Positions 42,272 to 53,274 of a DNA stretch of 64,000 nucleotides are shown piece after piece; the stretch's first letter is position 1, and each line of letters begins with the position of its first letter. The stretch covers positions 249,133 through 313,132 of the forward strand of contig CAVRUC010000009.1 of assembly GCA_963724295.1 (NCBI GenBank), given 5' to 3'. Origin of the DNA: an uncultured Chloroflexia bacterium (GTDB lineage: Bacteria; Chloroflexota; Chloroflexia; Thermomicrobiales; UBA6265). Made by a program: the position numbers and the translations under genes. Under the pieces are notes generated by a model, which was not told the origin of the DNA, ran no database searches, and was given only the letters and a program-made list of their open reading frames with translations.

Positions 42272-43948
42272 TCAAGGCGCCAGCTCGCGAATCCGGTCGC
42301 GTGGCGCGAGCAGGAGCATCGGCACCGCGGCAGCCGCGACGAGAATCAACGCCGGGGCGGCGGCTTCTCCATACGCGGCATCGTTCGCGGCGGTCCAGAC
42401 TTTGACGGCCAGGGTGTCCCAGCCGGTTGGACTGAGCAACAGCGTCGCCGGCAGCTCCTTCATCGCCGTCAGCAATACGAGCGCCGCTCCAGCCAGGATG
42501 CCCGATCGCGCCAGGGGAATGGTGACGCTGGCCACCGCCCCAACCTGACTGCGGCCCAACCCGCGCGCGGCCTCCTCCAGGCGCGGGCTGACCTGCAGGA
42601 GGGCCGCCCGCGTCGAGCTGATTGCCTCGGGCAGGAAGCGCACCACGCACGCCGCGACCAGCATTGCCAGCGTCTGATAGAACGGGGTTCCCGCGCCAAA
42701 CGAGACGAAGGCCAGTGCCACCACCAGCCCAGGCAAGGCATAACCGAGATAGGCCAGCCGCTCGACGCTCCTGGCGCCTGAACCGGGAAAGCGCACCACC
42801 AAGATCGCCATCGGCAATGCGCAGACGGTGGCGATCAATGCCGTCCACCCCCCGAGCGTCAGCGAATGGATGGTGGCCGAGGCGAGACCGGAGAGATCGG
42901 CGCCGGCGCCAATGGAGCGCAGCAACCACGCGGTCAGGATCGCGATGGGCAGCACCAGCGCGAATCCGACGACCACCGCGCAGAACAGCACGGCCGGGAT
43001 GCGCGCGCGCCCCAGGGCCACCGGCCGCCCTCGCCGGCCGGCGCCGCTGCCGAGGCGATAAATCGTGGCGTTGCCGCGAGCGCGCATCTCGACCACCAGC
43101 ACGGTAATCGAGATGGCGACCAGCAGCAGCGCGAGCAGCGCCGCGCTGCTGCGATCCAATGCCGACCGGTACTGGACATAAATCGCGCGAGTGAAGGCAT
43201 CGTAGCGGAGCAGGGTGACGACGCCGAAATCACCCAGGGTATAGAGCACCGTCAGTACCCCGCCCGCCGCCGCCGCGGGGCGAAGCTGGGGCAGGGTCAC
43301 CGCGAAGAAGGTCCGCCAGGGTCCGTAGCCGAGACAGCGGGCGGCTTCTTCCAATGATGGATCGAGGTTGCGCAGTGCCGCCCGTACCGTGAGATAGACG
43401 TAGGGATAGGTGAACAGGGTCAGAGTCAGCCAGGAGCCGGTAAATCCGTAGATCGAGGGCAGCCGCTCCACCCCGAGCGGCGCCAGCGCCGATTGCAGCA
43501 TGCCGCGCGGCCCGAACGCGGCGACCATCACCACGGCGCCGATATACGAGGGGATCACCAGCGGCAGCGCCGCGGCGGTACTCCAGAACGCGCGCCCGGG
43601 GAGATCGGTGCGGCTCGTCAGCCAGGCCAACGGTAGGCCGATGGCAATTGTCGAGATCGCGACGGCGCCGGCCAGAACCGCGGTGTTGAGCACCACTTCC
43701 AGCGTCCGCGATCGGAGCAGAAACCGCCATCCGTTCTCACCCGCGTCCAGCGTTCTCGCGACGAGGTAGAGCAGCGGCAGCAGCTCGAACAGCGCGACCA
43801 GCACCGCCGGCAGCACGATCCACAACGGCGGTCGCTCACCCTGACGACTGGAGCCGGTACGCGAATGGCTCTCAGTCAGGGCGTTTCCAGCTCTGCCGAG
43901 ACGAGGCAGGGAAACGGGTCGCGCCGCACGGGGCCGGAGCGTGAGCAT
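42272..43948 (-). CDS. Fe3+-type ABC transporter permease (FbpB-like)
   Basis: Two permease repeats with LEEAAR.LG, PLVIPSY, MKELPATLLL. Confidence 0.92.
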   Translation of the reverse strand: MLTLRPRAARPVSLPRLGRAGNALTESHSRTGSSRQGERPPLWIVLPAVLVALFELLPLLYLVARTLDAGENGWRFLLRSRTLEVVLNTAVLAGAVAISTIAIGLPLAWLTSRTDLPGRAFWSTAAALPLVIPSYIGAVVMVAAFGPRGMLQSALAPLGVERLPSIYGFTGSWLTLTLFTYPYVYLTVRAALRNLDPSLEEAARCLGYGPWRTFFAVTLPQLRPAAAAGGVLTVLYTLGDFGVVTLLRYDAFTRAIYVQYRSALDRSSAALLALLLVAISITVLVVEMRARGNATIYRLGSGAGRRGRPVALGRARIPAVLFCAVVVGFALVLPIAILTAWLLRSIGAGADLSGLASATIHSLTLGGWTALIATVCALPMAILVVRFPGSGARSVERLAYLGYALPGLVVALAFVSFGAGTPFYQTLAMLVAACVVRFLPEAISSTRAALLQVSPRLEEAARGLGRSQVGAVASVTIPLARSGILAGAALVLLTAMKELPATLLLSPTGWDTLAVKVWTAANDAAYGEAAAPALILVAAAAVPMLLLAPRDRIRELAP

Positions 43949-44001
43949 CGATCTCCTCGATCAACCGACGGTCTACAGGAACGTTTGTCTGACCAGCGAC
44001 G

Positions 44002-44066
44002 ATATCCGACGAATTCGGTCAGATATTTCTCGTGCAAATGCTGGAACGCGATCGGCCCGGTGTCAA
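44002..44066 (-). promoter_or_regulatory. Sigma70 promoter followed by an IscR/Rrf2-like 25-bp palindrome
   Basis: - strand TTGACA(44066)-N17-CAGCAT; ATATCCGAC-N7-GTCAGATAT at 44002-44026. Confidence 0.55.
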
Positions 44067-44078
44067 GCGCTGCTGACG

Positions 44079-44213
44079 GGTCGGAGGTCGGAAGTCGGGC
44101 GAGGACTCGGGGTTGGAGTCGCAGGTATCACCAAGATGAGTGACCATGCTCCTGCTACGCAAGAGCCCCTTCCCGCCGTGCCAGTCACAACTTCCGACCT
44201 CCGACCTCCGACT
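44079..44213. repeat. Inverted pair of TCCGACC heptamer arrays
   Basis: GGTCGGAGGTCGGAAGT (44079-95) and ACTTCCGACCTCCGACC (44190-206) form a perfect 17-bp inverted repeat. Confidence 0.75.
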
Positions 44214-44229
44214 CCATGCCGGTCCGCCG

Positions 44230-45207
44230 TCAGTCCGTTATGGGGAGTGTTTCCGCACTCTGCATGAACTCGAAAGTCTGATCGAAATCGATAATCCCAG
44301 CGTCTGACCCGAGACCGCAGATTACGAGACCCGCCGCGGCGGACCCGAATCTTGCGCTCTGCACGAGATCCCAGCCGCGCAGGAGACCGGCGATGAACCC
44401 GGCGCAATAGGCGTCGCCACATCCGGTCGAGTCCACGACGGGAGAGGCAAAGGCGGGAACGCGGATCTCCTCGATCTCGCCGTTTGCTCCGCGCCAGGCG
44501 ATGCTACTCCCCTCAGCTCCCATCTTGAAGACGGTGTTGCGGACCCCACGGTCGAGAAAGAACCGGATCACCTCCTGCCGGTTGTGAAGCCCGGAGATCA
44601 TCCGCGCCTCATCCAATCCCGGCATGAAGTAATCGACGTACGGGAGCGCGGGCGCGATCACCTCGAGCAGATCGGGCCGGTCGATGGCGAGCACGTCGAG
44701 CGTGACCGGCACGCCGCGCTCCCTGGCGAAGGCCAGGATGCGCGCCGTCGGCGGCCCATCGAGCTTCGGCATCAGGTACGTGCCGCCGAAATGAAGATGG
44801 CGGGCGGCGGCAATGGCCCCGAAATCGACGTCCTCGACGGTCAGTTCGGCATTCGCGCCCAGAACATGGAGCGCGGGTCGCTCGCCGTTCGGCCGGATAG
44901 GCAGCATCGTCGCCGAGGTCTGAACCGTCGGCTTGCGCATGAGACCACTCGTGTCGATGCCGTAGCGCTGCATCGTGTCGACGATGAAGTTGCCGGCCGC
45001 ATCTTCACCGATGGCGCCCATAGCGAGGACATCTACGCCGAGCTTGGCCAGATCAACGCTGGTGCCGGCCGCCGTACCGGCCACGGTGAACCGGATCTCT
45101 TCGAGCAGATCGACATCCTGCTTCGGAGGAATACGGGTGACCGGTCTGCCAAGCACGTCGAGAATGTGGATTCCAAGGCTGACTACTCGACCAGGACGCG
45201 CCATCAA
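44230..45207 (-). CDS. PfkB family carbohydrate kinase
   Basis: AGTAAGT, VFKMGAEG, VDSTGCGDAYCAG. Confidence 0.93.
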   Translation of the reverse strand: MMARPGRVVSLGIHILDVLGRPVTRIPPKQDVDLLEEIRFTVAGTAAGTSVDLAKLGVDVLAMGAIGEDAAGNFIVDTMQRYGIDTSGLMRKPTVQTSATMLPIRPNGERPALHVLGANAELTVEDVDFGAIAAARHLHFGGTYLMPKLDGPPTARILAFARERGVPVTLDVLAIDRPDLLEVIAPALPYVDYFMPGLDEARMISGLHNRQEVIRFFLDRGVRNTVFKMGAEGSSIAWRGANGEIEEIRVPAFASPVVDSTGCGDAYCAGFIAGLLRGWDLVQSARFGSAAAGLVICGLGSDAGIIDFDQTFEFMQSAETLPITD

Positions 45208-46331
45208 TCCGTGATACGGGCGGCGGCCGGGTGCAGGTTAGCCGCGATCCGGATGCCCTGCGCGTCGAAGAGCGACACCTGCTCGAGCGGCAGCTCGACG
45301 TTGACCTGTCCCGATGAGGGCAAGCGCTCGCCCGCGGTCGGGGAGACTTTGGCTTTGAATCCCTGATTGCCGAGCCCCTGGACATCAAGGGCGACAAGAT
45401 ACTGACCGCCGATCTGGACCGTCTTCCGCGCGAGGCGCGCCGGCACGCCGGCGGGCAACGGACCAGAAGAGACCCGGATGTGCTCCGGTCGAATGCCGAT
45501 CGTGATGTCGGAGCTCACTGTCGCGGCGCCGTTGACCGCAACCGGGCGCGGGAAGAGAGGAGACTCCAGCACCCGGTGATTATCGCTACCCGAGAGAGTG
45601 GCATTGAAAAAGACCATCCCGGGATTGCCGAGAAACCAGCCTCCGAACCGGTCGTAGGGATGGTTGTAGAGTTCGCGGGGAGGCGCGCACTGGACGATCT
45701 TGCCCTCTTCCATGAGTGCGATCTGGTCGGCCAGGGTCATCGCTTCGGTTTGATCGTGCGTGACATAGACGATCGTCTGACTCAACGATCGGGTCAGTTC
45801 CTTCAGCGAGCGCTTGAGTTGAAGTTTCGAGGCCGCATCGACGTTCGTGATCGGCTCATCGAACAGAATGAACTGCGGTTGCCTCGCCACCTCGCGCGCG
45901 ACCGAGACTTTCTGGCGTGTTCCGTTGTCGAGTTTCGACACGTCGAGGTTGGCGCTGGCGGTCAATCCCAACAGCTGGATCGCGTCTTCGACACGGCGCG
46001 TCCGCTCAGCCTTGGACAGCTTCATCGATTGCAACGGCAACTCGATGTTGCGGTAGACGCTGATGCCGCGGTAAACGACCGGGTACTGGAAGACCATGCC
46101 GATATTGCGCTTGCTCGGCGAGAGCCGGGAGACGTCCTGGTCGCCGAAATAGACAGCACCCGAGGTCTGTGTCTCCAGACCGGCAATGATCCGCATCAGC
46201 GTCGTCTTGCCACAACCGGACGGCCCGAGGAGACAGGTGACCTGCCCACTCGGGAAGGTGAACGAAACATCATCCACCGCGTGCAGCGAGCCGAAGGTCT
46301 TGGTCAGCTGCTCGACGCGAATCTCAGACAT
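45204..46331 (-). CDS. Sugar ABC transporter ATP-binding protein
   Basis: GPSGCGKT, degenerate signature LDNGTRQK, YVTHDQTEA. Confidence 0.9.
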   Translation of the reverse strand: MSEIRVEQLTKTFGSLHAVDDVSFTFPSGQVTCLLGPSGCGKTTLMRIIAGLETQTSGAVYFGDQDVSRLSPSKRNIGMVFQYPVVYRGISVYRNIELPLQSMKLSKAERTRRVEDAIQLLGLTASANLDVSKLDNGTRQKVSVAREVARQPQFILFDEPITNVDAASKLQLKRSLKELTRSLSQTIVYVTHDQTEAMTLADQIALMEEGKIVQCAPPRELYNHPYDRFGGWFLGNPGMVFFNATLSGSDNHRVLESPLFPRPVAVNGAATVSSDITIGIRPEHIRVSSGPLPAGVPARLARKTVQIGGQYLVALDVQGLGNQGFKAKVSPTAGERLPSSGQVNVELPLEQVSLFDAQGIRIAANLHPAAARITD

Positions 46332-47530
46332 GGCGGACGACCGGGTCGGGAGACGAGAGGCTGTCGCTCCTGGCGGAGTCGGCGGCTGGGAGACGTGCAC
46401 CCCGCCCGATCCGTTCGCCGGTCGCGGCGTCGAACAGGGCAAGGTTGTGGGGAAAGATCGAAACCGTCACCGACCTGATCGAGATCGTCACCCCGGAGAT
46501 GATCGCGGTCGACCATCGTCAAGGACTCCCCGCTCGCCGCGAGGTAGACGATATCCTCGCCGCCGAGATCCTCGCGCAAGACCATTGATGCCGAGAACTG
46601 GAGTGCCCGGCCGTCCGCCCCGTCCGGTTCACTCCCATCGTGGGACAGCCGAATCCGCTCTGGCCGGAACCCAACGATGACGTCGGTCGACGCTCGATCG
46701 AATTCGACGTCCGCCAGGAACGCAAAGAGCGGCGTCGAGCACCACACCTCGCCATCACGTCGCTGCAGCGATCCCCGCACGAAATTGGCTGGCGGAAACC
46801 CGACCAGCGCCATGGTGCCCACGTTATGCGGGTCGCGGTAGAGGGTCTCGGGCAATCCGTGCTCGATGACCGACCCGGCCGCGAGCACTGACAGCTCATC
46901 GGCGAGCGTCATCGCCTCGATCACGTCAGACGTGACGTAAAGGATGCTGGCTCCAGTTGCCGTATTGAGTCCGCGCAGATCATCGACGAGTTGCTCCCGC
47001 AACTTGAAATCGAGCCCCGCCAGGGGGTCATCGAGAACGAAGAAATCTGTCCGCTTCGCGATCCCGCGGGCGATGGCCACGCGTTGCTTCTGCCCACCGC
47101 TGAGCTGGTCGGGCTTCTTGTCGAGATGCTCTTCGATCTTGAGCATCGCCGCCGCGGTCGCCACGACTTCGCGTGATTCCGAAGCCGGCACATGGGCCAG
47201 ATCGAGCGGATAGGAGATGTTGGCGCGCACCGAGAGGTGCGGATAGAGCGCGAACGATTGTGGCACGTACCCGATATTGCGCTCTGCCGGGGCCTCATGA
47301 GTCACGTCGTGCCCGCGCAGGATGATCCTCCCGGAGTCGGGCTGCTCGAGTCCTGTCAGTACGCGGACCAGAACGGACTTTCCGGCCGCCGGTGGGCCAT
47401 AGACAACCGTGAGATCCCCTGGCATCGCGGAGAAGCTGAGGTCGGACAGCACGGGTGTGCCGCTGTACGCCTTGGAGATGTTCTCCACGACGAGGATTGG
47501 TGAACTGCTGTCCACGACTGGGTTTCTCAT
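46304..47530 (-). CDS. Sugar ABC transporter ATP-binding protein; C-terminal frameshift likely
   Basis: GPPAAGKS, LSGGQKQR, LDDP (no catalytic Glu). Confidence 0.88.
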   Translation of the reverse strand: MRNPVVDSSSPILVVENISKAYSGTPVLSDLSFSAMPGDLTVVYGPPAAGKSVLVRVLTGLEQPDSGRIILRGHDVTHEAPAERNIGYVPQSFALYPHLSVRANISYPLDLAHVPASESREVVATAAAMLKIEEHLDKKPDQLSGGQKQRVAIARGIAKRTDFFVLDDPLAGLDFKLREQLVDDLRGLNTATGASILYVTSDVIEAMTLADELSVLAAGSVIEHGLPETLYRDPHNVGTMALVGFPPANFVRGSLQRRDGEVWCSTPLFAFLADVEFDRASTDVIVGFRPERIRLSHDGSEPDGADGRALQFSASMVLREDLGGEDIVYLAASGESLTMVDRDHLRGDDLDQVGDGFDLSPQPCPVRRRDRRTDRAGCTSPSRRLRQERQPLVSRPGRPPCLRFASSS

Positions 47531-47958
47531 CGGCCGAGTTGGATCAGATATGGCGTGATCTGCACCGCGACCACGATGAGCACCGCCACGATGCCCCAGG
47601 TCAGCAGAAGCAATCCCATCGACTTCACGAATCCCGTCGACGGCGGGATGTTGCCGAAAGCGATCTGGAGGAAGGCGGCCAGCACCAGTAGGGGAAGACC
47701 GATCTGATAGAGCTGCTTGTTCCCCTGCTGCAAGATGAGCAGGAACGCGGCGAACATGACGACGATGAGAATCGCCTGGAACCGCGCGGCGAACGGTAGG
47801 GGCCGCCTGCTGTACTCGATCGGCAGCTCCCCCGGATGCACTAACCCGGGCAGTCCGGCGATGACGCGGCCATCCTCCGAAGCGGTTTCGATCTGAGGGT
47901 TCTCGGTAACGACGGCCGGGGTGGCGGTTTCGACTGGTTGCTGGGCTTGGGAGTACAT
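47527..47958 (-). CDS. Small membrane protein within the sugar ABC operon
   Basis: Three hydrophobic helices; overlaps or abuts neighbours. Confidence 0.7.
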   Translation of the reverse strand: MYSQAQQPVETATPAVVTENPQIETASEDGRVIAGLPGLVHPGELPIEYSRRPLPFAARFQAILIVVMFAAFLLILQQGNKQLYQIGLPLLVLAAFLQIAFGNIPPSTGFVKSMGLLLLTWGIVAVLIVVAVQITPYLIQLGR

Positions 47959-47960
47959 CC

Positions 47961-48795
47961 CTAGACCTCGCCCCGGACGGTGCCGAACGTCATGCCGACC
48001 AGGAGGTATTTCTGGAAGAGGTAGATGGCCAGAATCGGTGGCAGCATGTAGATGAACGAGATGGCGGCGACGAATGACCAGTCGGTCATACCGCCCTGCT
48101 TGACGCCGGTGGCCAGCAGGACCGGGATCATCGTCGTCCCTTGGCCGCCAAGGATGTAGTTGAACAGGAACTCGTTCCAGACAAAGATGATGTTGAAGAT
48201 GAAGGCCGCGACGAGCCCCGGCTTCACCTGCGGCAGGACGACCCGGAACATGGTGTGCAGGCGGGAGCCGCCGTTGACGAGGGCCGTCTCGTCATAACGA
48301 AGCGAAACGCCATCCAGGAACCCTTTGAGAATCCAGAGCGAGAAGGGGATGCTGAACATCGCGTAGAAGAGGATCATGCCGTGGAACGTCTTCGACCAGC
48401 CCAGCGCGGTGTACATCAGGAAGATCGGCAGGACGACCGCCGATGCCGGCACCATGCGCGTCGAGAGCAGCAGAAACATGATGAAGTTGGTGCCCGTCGG
48501 CCGGTAGCGGGAGAACGAGTAGGCGGCCAGGAACGACACGACCATGGCGATCAGCACCGAGCCAATCGAGAGAATGAAGCTCATCCTCAGGTAGTCGAGG
48601 AAGTTGGGCTCCTGCACGACGCGAATGATGTTGTCCATCGTCGGCTGGAAGAGGAACACCGGGTTCGGGCGAGACGAACTCTCCGCCGGACTTGAACGCG
48701 GCCAGGAAGATCCAGAGCACCGGCAAGAAGAAGACGAGCGCCACGACCCAGAGCAGGAGGTGATAGAGGCGTTGCCGCCAGGGATGTGCGCTCAT
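47961..48795 (-). CDS. Carbohydrate ABC permease (MalG-like), frameshifted near 48670
   Basis: ETALVNGG EAA-like loop, FVWNEFLF, VGMTFGTV. Confidence 0.88.
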
Positions 48796-49768
48796 TTCAG
48801 TTGCGCCCGCGTTTCGCGATAGCTCAGGACATAGAGATAGATCGAGGCGAAGGCGATGGCGATGAGCAAGGTGATGATCGCCAGCGCGGAGGCATCGCCC
48901 ATCTGGAACGCCTCGAATCCAGTCCGATAGAGGGAAAGCCCGACGAACTCGGTCGTGTTCCCGGGACCGCCATTGGTCATCAGGTAGCGGCAGGTCCGTC
49001 GTCTTGAAGGCATCGATCGTCCGCAGCAGGATGCCGAGCATGAGGATGAATTTGCCATTGGGCAGGATGATGTACCAGATCCGCTTCAACCACGGGATCT
49101 GGTCGATCTCGGCCGCCTCGAGCTCGGCCTTTGGCACCGACGCGAGCGCCGCCAGGGTCATCAGGATCATGAACGGCGTCCACATCCAGACATCGACCGC
49201 TATCGTGGCCCCGAACGCCAGATCCTTGTTGCCGAGAAAATCAAATCGCTGTCCGATGAGCTTTTCGGCTGAAGAAATTGGCGATGCCGAAGATCGGATC
49301 GTAGATCAGCCGGTAGAACGTGCCGACGGCCACCGGTGGGAGGACCATCGGCGTGAAGAGCAGCGTCAGGGCGAGGCGACGACCCGGCAACCGGCCGCTG
49401 CCCCAGAAGAGGAAGCCAAGCACCATGCCGAGCAGCGTGGCGCCGCCGACGGTCAGCACCATGAACGAGAGCGTGCGGCCCAGGAGTCCCCAGACCTCGG
49501 ACGATTTCCAGATGTCGATGAAGTTCTCGAAGCCGACGTACTGCGGCTGCCCGGGCGGCGGTGACCTTGTAGCGATAGAAACTGACGCCGAGCAGCCAGA
49601 GCAGTGGCACCACGTTCCAGACGATGAAGAAGACGAGGACCGGTCCCAGCAGGATCGTGGGGAAAAACCGGCTCTCATCGAGCGCCCGCGCCAACGGCAG
49701 CCGGCGGCCCGCCTTCGGATAGCGGCAGCCGCTGCCGGAGATTCGACCGGATACGTGGTCTGTGCCAT
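48792..49768 (-). CDS. Carbohydrate ABC permease (MalF-like), several frameshifts
   Basis: VGFENF, PMVLPPVAVG, DVWMWTPF, EAAEID, MTNGGPG in successive frames. Confidence 0.85.
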
Positions 49769-49785
49769 GGCTCCGTCAGTCGAGT

Positions 49786-49860
49786 AAGTTGAGAGTCGGT
49801 AAGTCGGTCAGGAGCGAACGAGCGGGCTTCCTCACTGACCGACTTACCGACTCTCGACTT
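49786..49860. repeat. 26-bp inverted repeat built from ACCGACTT-type octamers
   Basis: AAGTTGAGAGTCGGTAAGTCGGTCAG / CTGACCGACTTACCGACTCTCGACTT, one mismatch. Confidence 0.8.
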
Positions 49861-49872
49861 CGCGACTCATCG

Positions 49873-51453
49873 CTAGATGCTAATGTCCGCGCACGCTTCC
49901 GACGGCTCGATGTCCGTGCGGCCAGCATCGTAGAGGATCTCCTGCTGCTGGCAGGCAGTGTAGTCCAGCGCCAGCTTGGCATCCGGCACCACGTCCGCGA
50001 TGTAGCCGTTCCACGCCTCTTGCTGGACCGCCAGCATCTCGGCGTAGTTCGGATCGTGCCAGAAGTCCTTGGAGCGGTTCTCCCGGATCATGTACTTGTA
50101 GGCCCGGAAGTGCGGCTGCAGGTCCTCGTAGCCCGGATCTTCCAGCACGGCCGTCACCGCGCTGTTGCCGCCGCGGCGCGAGAACTCGAGCTGCGTCTCC
50201 GGCAGGTACCAGAACTTCATGAAGTCGATGGCGACTTGCTGGTGCGCCTCGTCGTTGAACGCGTTGAGCACCCATGGCTGCCCGCCGAGGGTGTAGACGC
50301 GGTTCAGCGTGCCATCCTCCTGCGGGAAGCCGGGGGGAACCGTGATCAGCACCATCTCCGGGGTGACTGGCCTATCGCGGATCGGCGACTTCGCCCGGCT
50401 CGCCACCGACCAGCTGGTTCAGCATCTGCGGTCCGAGGGCCGACCACTGCCAGCAGGTCGCGATATGTGCCGGCGGTGAAGACGTCGACCTCTTCGGCGA
50501 TGCCGATAGTTCGTCGCGACCGGGCGGGGCGTACTGGAGGAAGCGCTTGTTGTGCTCCAGGCCGGCGATGTTGATCTCGGAGTTGAGCGATGCCCTCGAC
50601 CTGGCCGGTCGCCGGATCCCAGGCCTCGCCGCCGTTGGAGAACATGAACGGGTAGGCGTAGCAGGAGACGAAGTCGTAGACCTTCGACCACTGGAAGGCG
50701 GTGCCGTAGAGATTGTCGTCCGGCCGGGTGAAGTGCTGGCAGATCCGCTCGTAGCGGTCGATATCGACCTCGAGCCACTCATCGTACGTCTGCGGCAGAT
50801 CCTCGCCGTCGTTGGCCGCCGTGTAGGCGTCCCGCTCGGCCTGGTCGCGACATCAGATCCTGGCGCACGAAGAGGGCGATGGTGTCGCCCTCCTGCGGGA
50901 ACCCGTAGATATTGTCCGAGCCGTCCGGGTAGATCCGGTAGCCGATCGCGGCGGCCTCCTCGAACTGGATATCGAGGTCAGGGTTCTCGGCGATGATGTC
51001 GTTCAGACGAACGATCCAGCCTGGCTCGGCGAGCGCGCCCAGCCACTGGCTGTCGGAGATGATGATGTTGTACTGGGCGGACCCGGACTGCAGCGACGTG
51101 GCGGCCTTCTGGAAGAGGGCTTCGAACGGCGCCTCCTCAAACGAGAAGTTGACGTCGTAGCCGTAGGTCTCCTGCGCATACGGCTTGAACAGCTCGTTCG
51201 CCATGTCCACGCCGAGGCGGCTCGGCGGCCAGCCGGCGATCCCCAGGATCGTCATATCGATCGTCTGGCCCGCGAGCGGGTTGTCCTGGGCGACGGCAGC
51301 CGGAGAGCGGTACGCGCTCATGAGACCGGCCAGCGCCGTGGCGCTGAGACCAAGCGCCATCCCGCGCACCATGAGCTGGCGGCGGCTGAGCTTCCCGTCC
51401 GCCGCTGCTTTCACCAGCGCGGCATGCTCCCTCGACAGATCATTCGGCGTCAC
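49873..51453 (-). CDS. Sugar ABC substrate-binding protein with Tat signal, frameshifted
   Basis: SRRQLM twin-arginine motif, YNIIISDSQWLG, YGFPQEGD; SD AAGGAG; first gene of the ABC operon. Confidence 0.85.
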
Positions 51454-51686
51454 GCGTTGACTCCTTTCGCGAGCGCACAGCGCTCGACGCTGGCGCTCCC
51501 GTGGCGCCGCCAAGATCGGCGGCATCGGCGTCGACGGGGTTCCTCTCGGTGAACGACGCATCCGAACCCAAGATCACGCCCGATCCGGGCGTGCTGCTCG
51601 GGCCCAGTCCATGCGCGCTGTGAAGATCGCCAACGACCTTCCCCTGTTGCCCGCGCATGCGTCTCGAATCCCATCGGACTTTCGGA

Positions 51687-51730
51687 ACGCTAACAAAGGG
51701 GAATGGAGGCGTCAAGCCAATGGTTGTTAG
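51687..51730 (-). promoter_or_regulatory. Sigma70 promoter with flanking CTAACAA/TTGTTAG inverted repeat
   Basis: TTGACG(51715)-N17-TAGCGT; repeats at 51690-96 and 51724-30. Confidence 0.5.
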
Positions 51731-51819
51731 GCGAGTACGCCCACAGATGGTGCGCCCGATGCGCACCGAGGTGGCGGCCCTCCTTGTTGGCGAACGCGAA
51801 AGTCCGTCGCTCATCCCCA

Positions 51820-53274
51820 TCAAGTCGGACCACTCCACCGACCGCGTGCCGCTTCGAGACGATCACGATAGAAAGCAAATCCCTCGTCGTAGAGGCTGGC
51901 CAGTTCCGAGCGCGGCTCGACCACGGCGTCTGGCCGGGTCCAACCTTCGACGTCGACTTGGCAACCTGCCGCCGTCAGCGCCGCCATGGCAGCTCCACGG
52001 GCGCCGACTTCGGGTTGCCGCGCCAGCGCGAGAGGCCGCTGCAAGACGTCCGCCAGGATCTGTCGCCATTCCACGGAGCGGACACCGCCTCCGCTGAGCG
52101 ACACCTGGGCGTCGGCGGCTGAGGCCAGCGCTCTCCAGACAATGACGCACCGCGTAGGCAATTCCCTCGCAGACGGCGCGGACGACGTCGGCCGGCTTCG
52201 ATTCCAGACTCACCCCGAGCAATCTGGCCCCTGGCCGCGGGATCGACGAACGGTGCTCGCTCTCCAGCCGGAGCGAAGAGCGGCAGAACGACCAGGCCCC
52301 CGGCTCCTGGCAGCCGACGCGGCCAGGAGCGCATCGACGTCCTCACGGCGCGAGCCGGTCAGCGTGAGTACCCATTCCAGCGACGGTGTGCCGACCATTG
52401 CCGGCATCACTCGGGCCCAGCGATCCCGCTCCGGCATGCAAAGCAGCATCCCGGCCAGCGGCCCCTCAGTCTCGACCCGATCGACCAGCACCGCGCAGCC
52501 GAGCGTCGTGCCAAGGATCACCAGACCATCACCGGTACGCTGTACTCCGGCGCCGATCATCGACGCGCAGAGATCGAACGGGCCAGCATGGACGGGGGTG
52601 CCCACCGGCAGTCCCGTCAGAGCCGCCCCCGTCTCGGAGAGCTCGCGTAGTGGGGCCGGGTAGGGGTCGACGGGCGCCAGGAGACCTCGCCATCGCGCAA
52701 CACCGTAGAGAGCCAGCAGTTCTTCGTCGTAGGTTCGTGTGCGGGGATCGAAGAAAGGTAACGAGGCGTCCGACACATCAGTCGCACGGGCGCCGGTCAG
52801 GCGCTGCACGATTGCGTCCTTGCAATACCCAGCGGTCGCCGCCGCCTGCAGCGAAGCTGGCTCTTCCCGTTGCAGGTAGGCCAGGAGAGGAGCTGCGGCG
52901 CCCGGAAACAGCATATTTCCCGAACGACGGAATGCGCGCTCAGCGACGCCAGATGCCATCCACTCGGTGATGATCGCCGCCGCGCGGGCGTCGGACCAGA
53001 GAATCGGGGGCCGAACCTGGCGTCCCTCGCGATCGAGGAGCCAGAGCCCGTCACCCTGCCCGGTTATCCCCAGCAGCTCCGCTCGCTCGCCTGCGGCAAC
53101 TTCCCGAACGACCTCTCCGACAGCCGTGATCACAGCTTCCAGGTCCTGTTCGGCTCGACCGGGAGCGGGGACCTCCGTGCGCAAGGGGCGGCTGGCCACA
53201 CGGAGAGCCTCGCCCTCGTTCCCGAACGCAACCGCCTTGACTACGGATGTGCCCGCGTCGAGGCCGATCAGCAC
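51820..53274 (-). CDS. FGGY carbohydrate kinase, erythritol kinase (EryA)-like, frameshifted
   Basis: IGLDAGTSVVKAVAF, ITGQGDG, ILWSDARA, GERAPFVDP.ARG, LSGGG. Confidence 0.85.

Noticed and set aside
44079..44206. MITE bounded by the 17-bp inverted repeat
   Set aside because: The arms are low-complexity heptamer arrays; no clear target-site duplication and no second copy of the interior in the window
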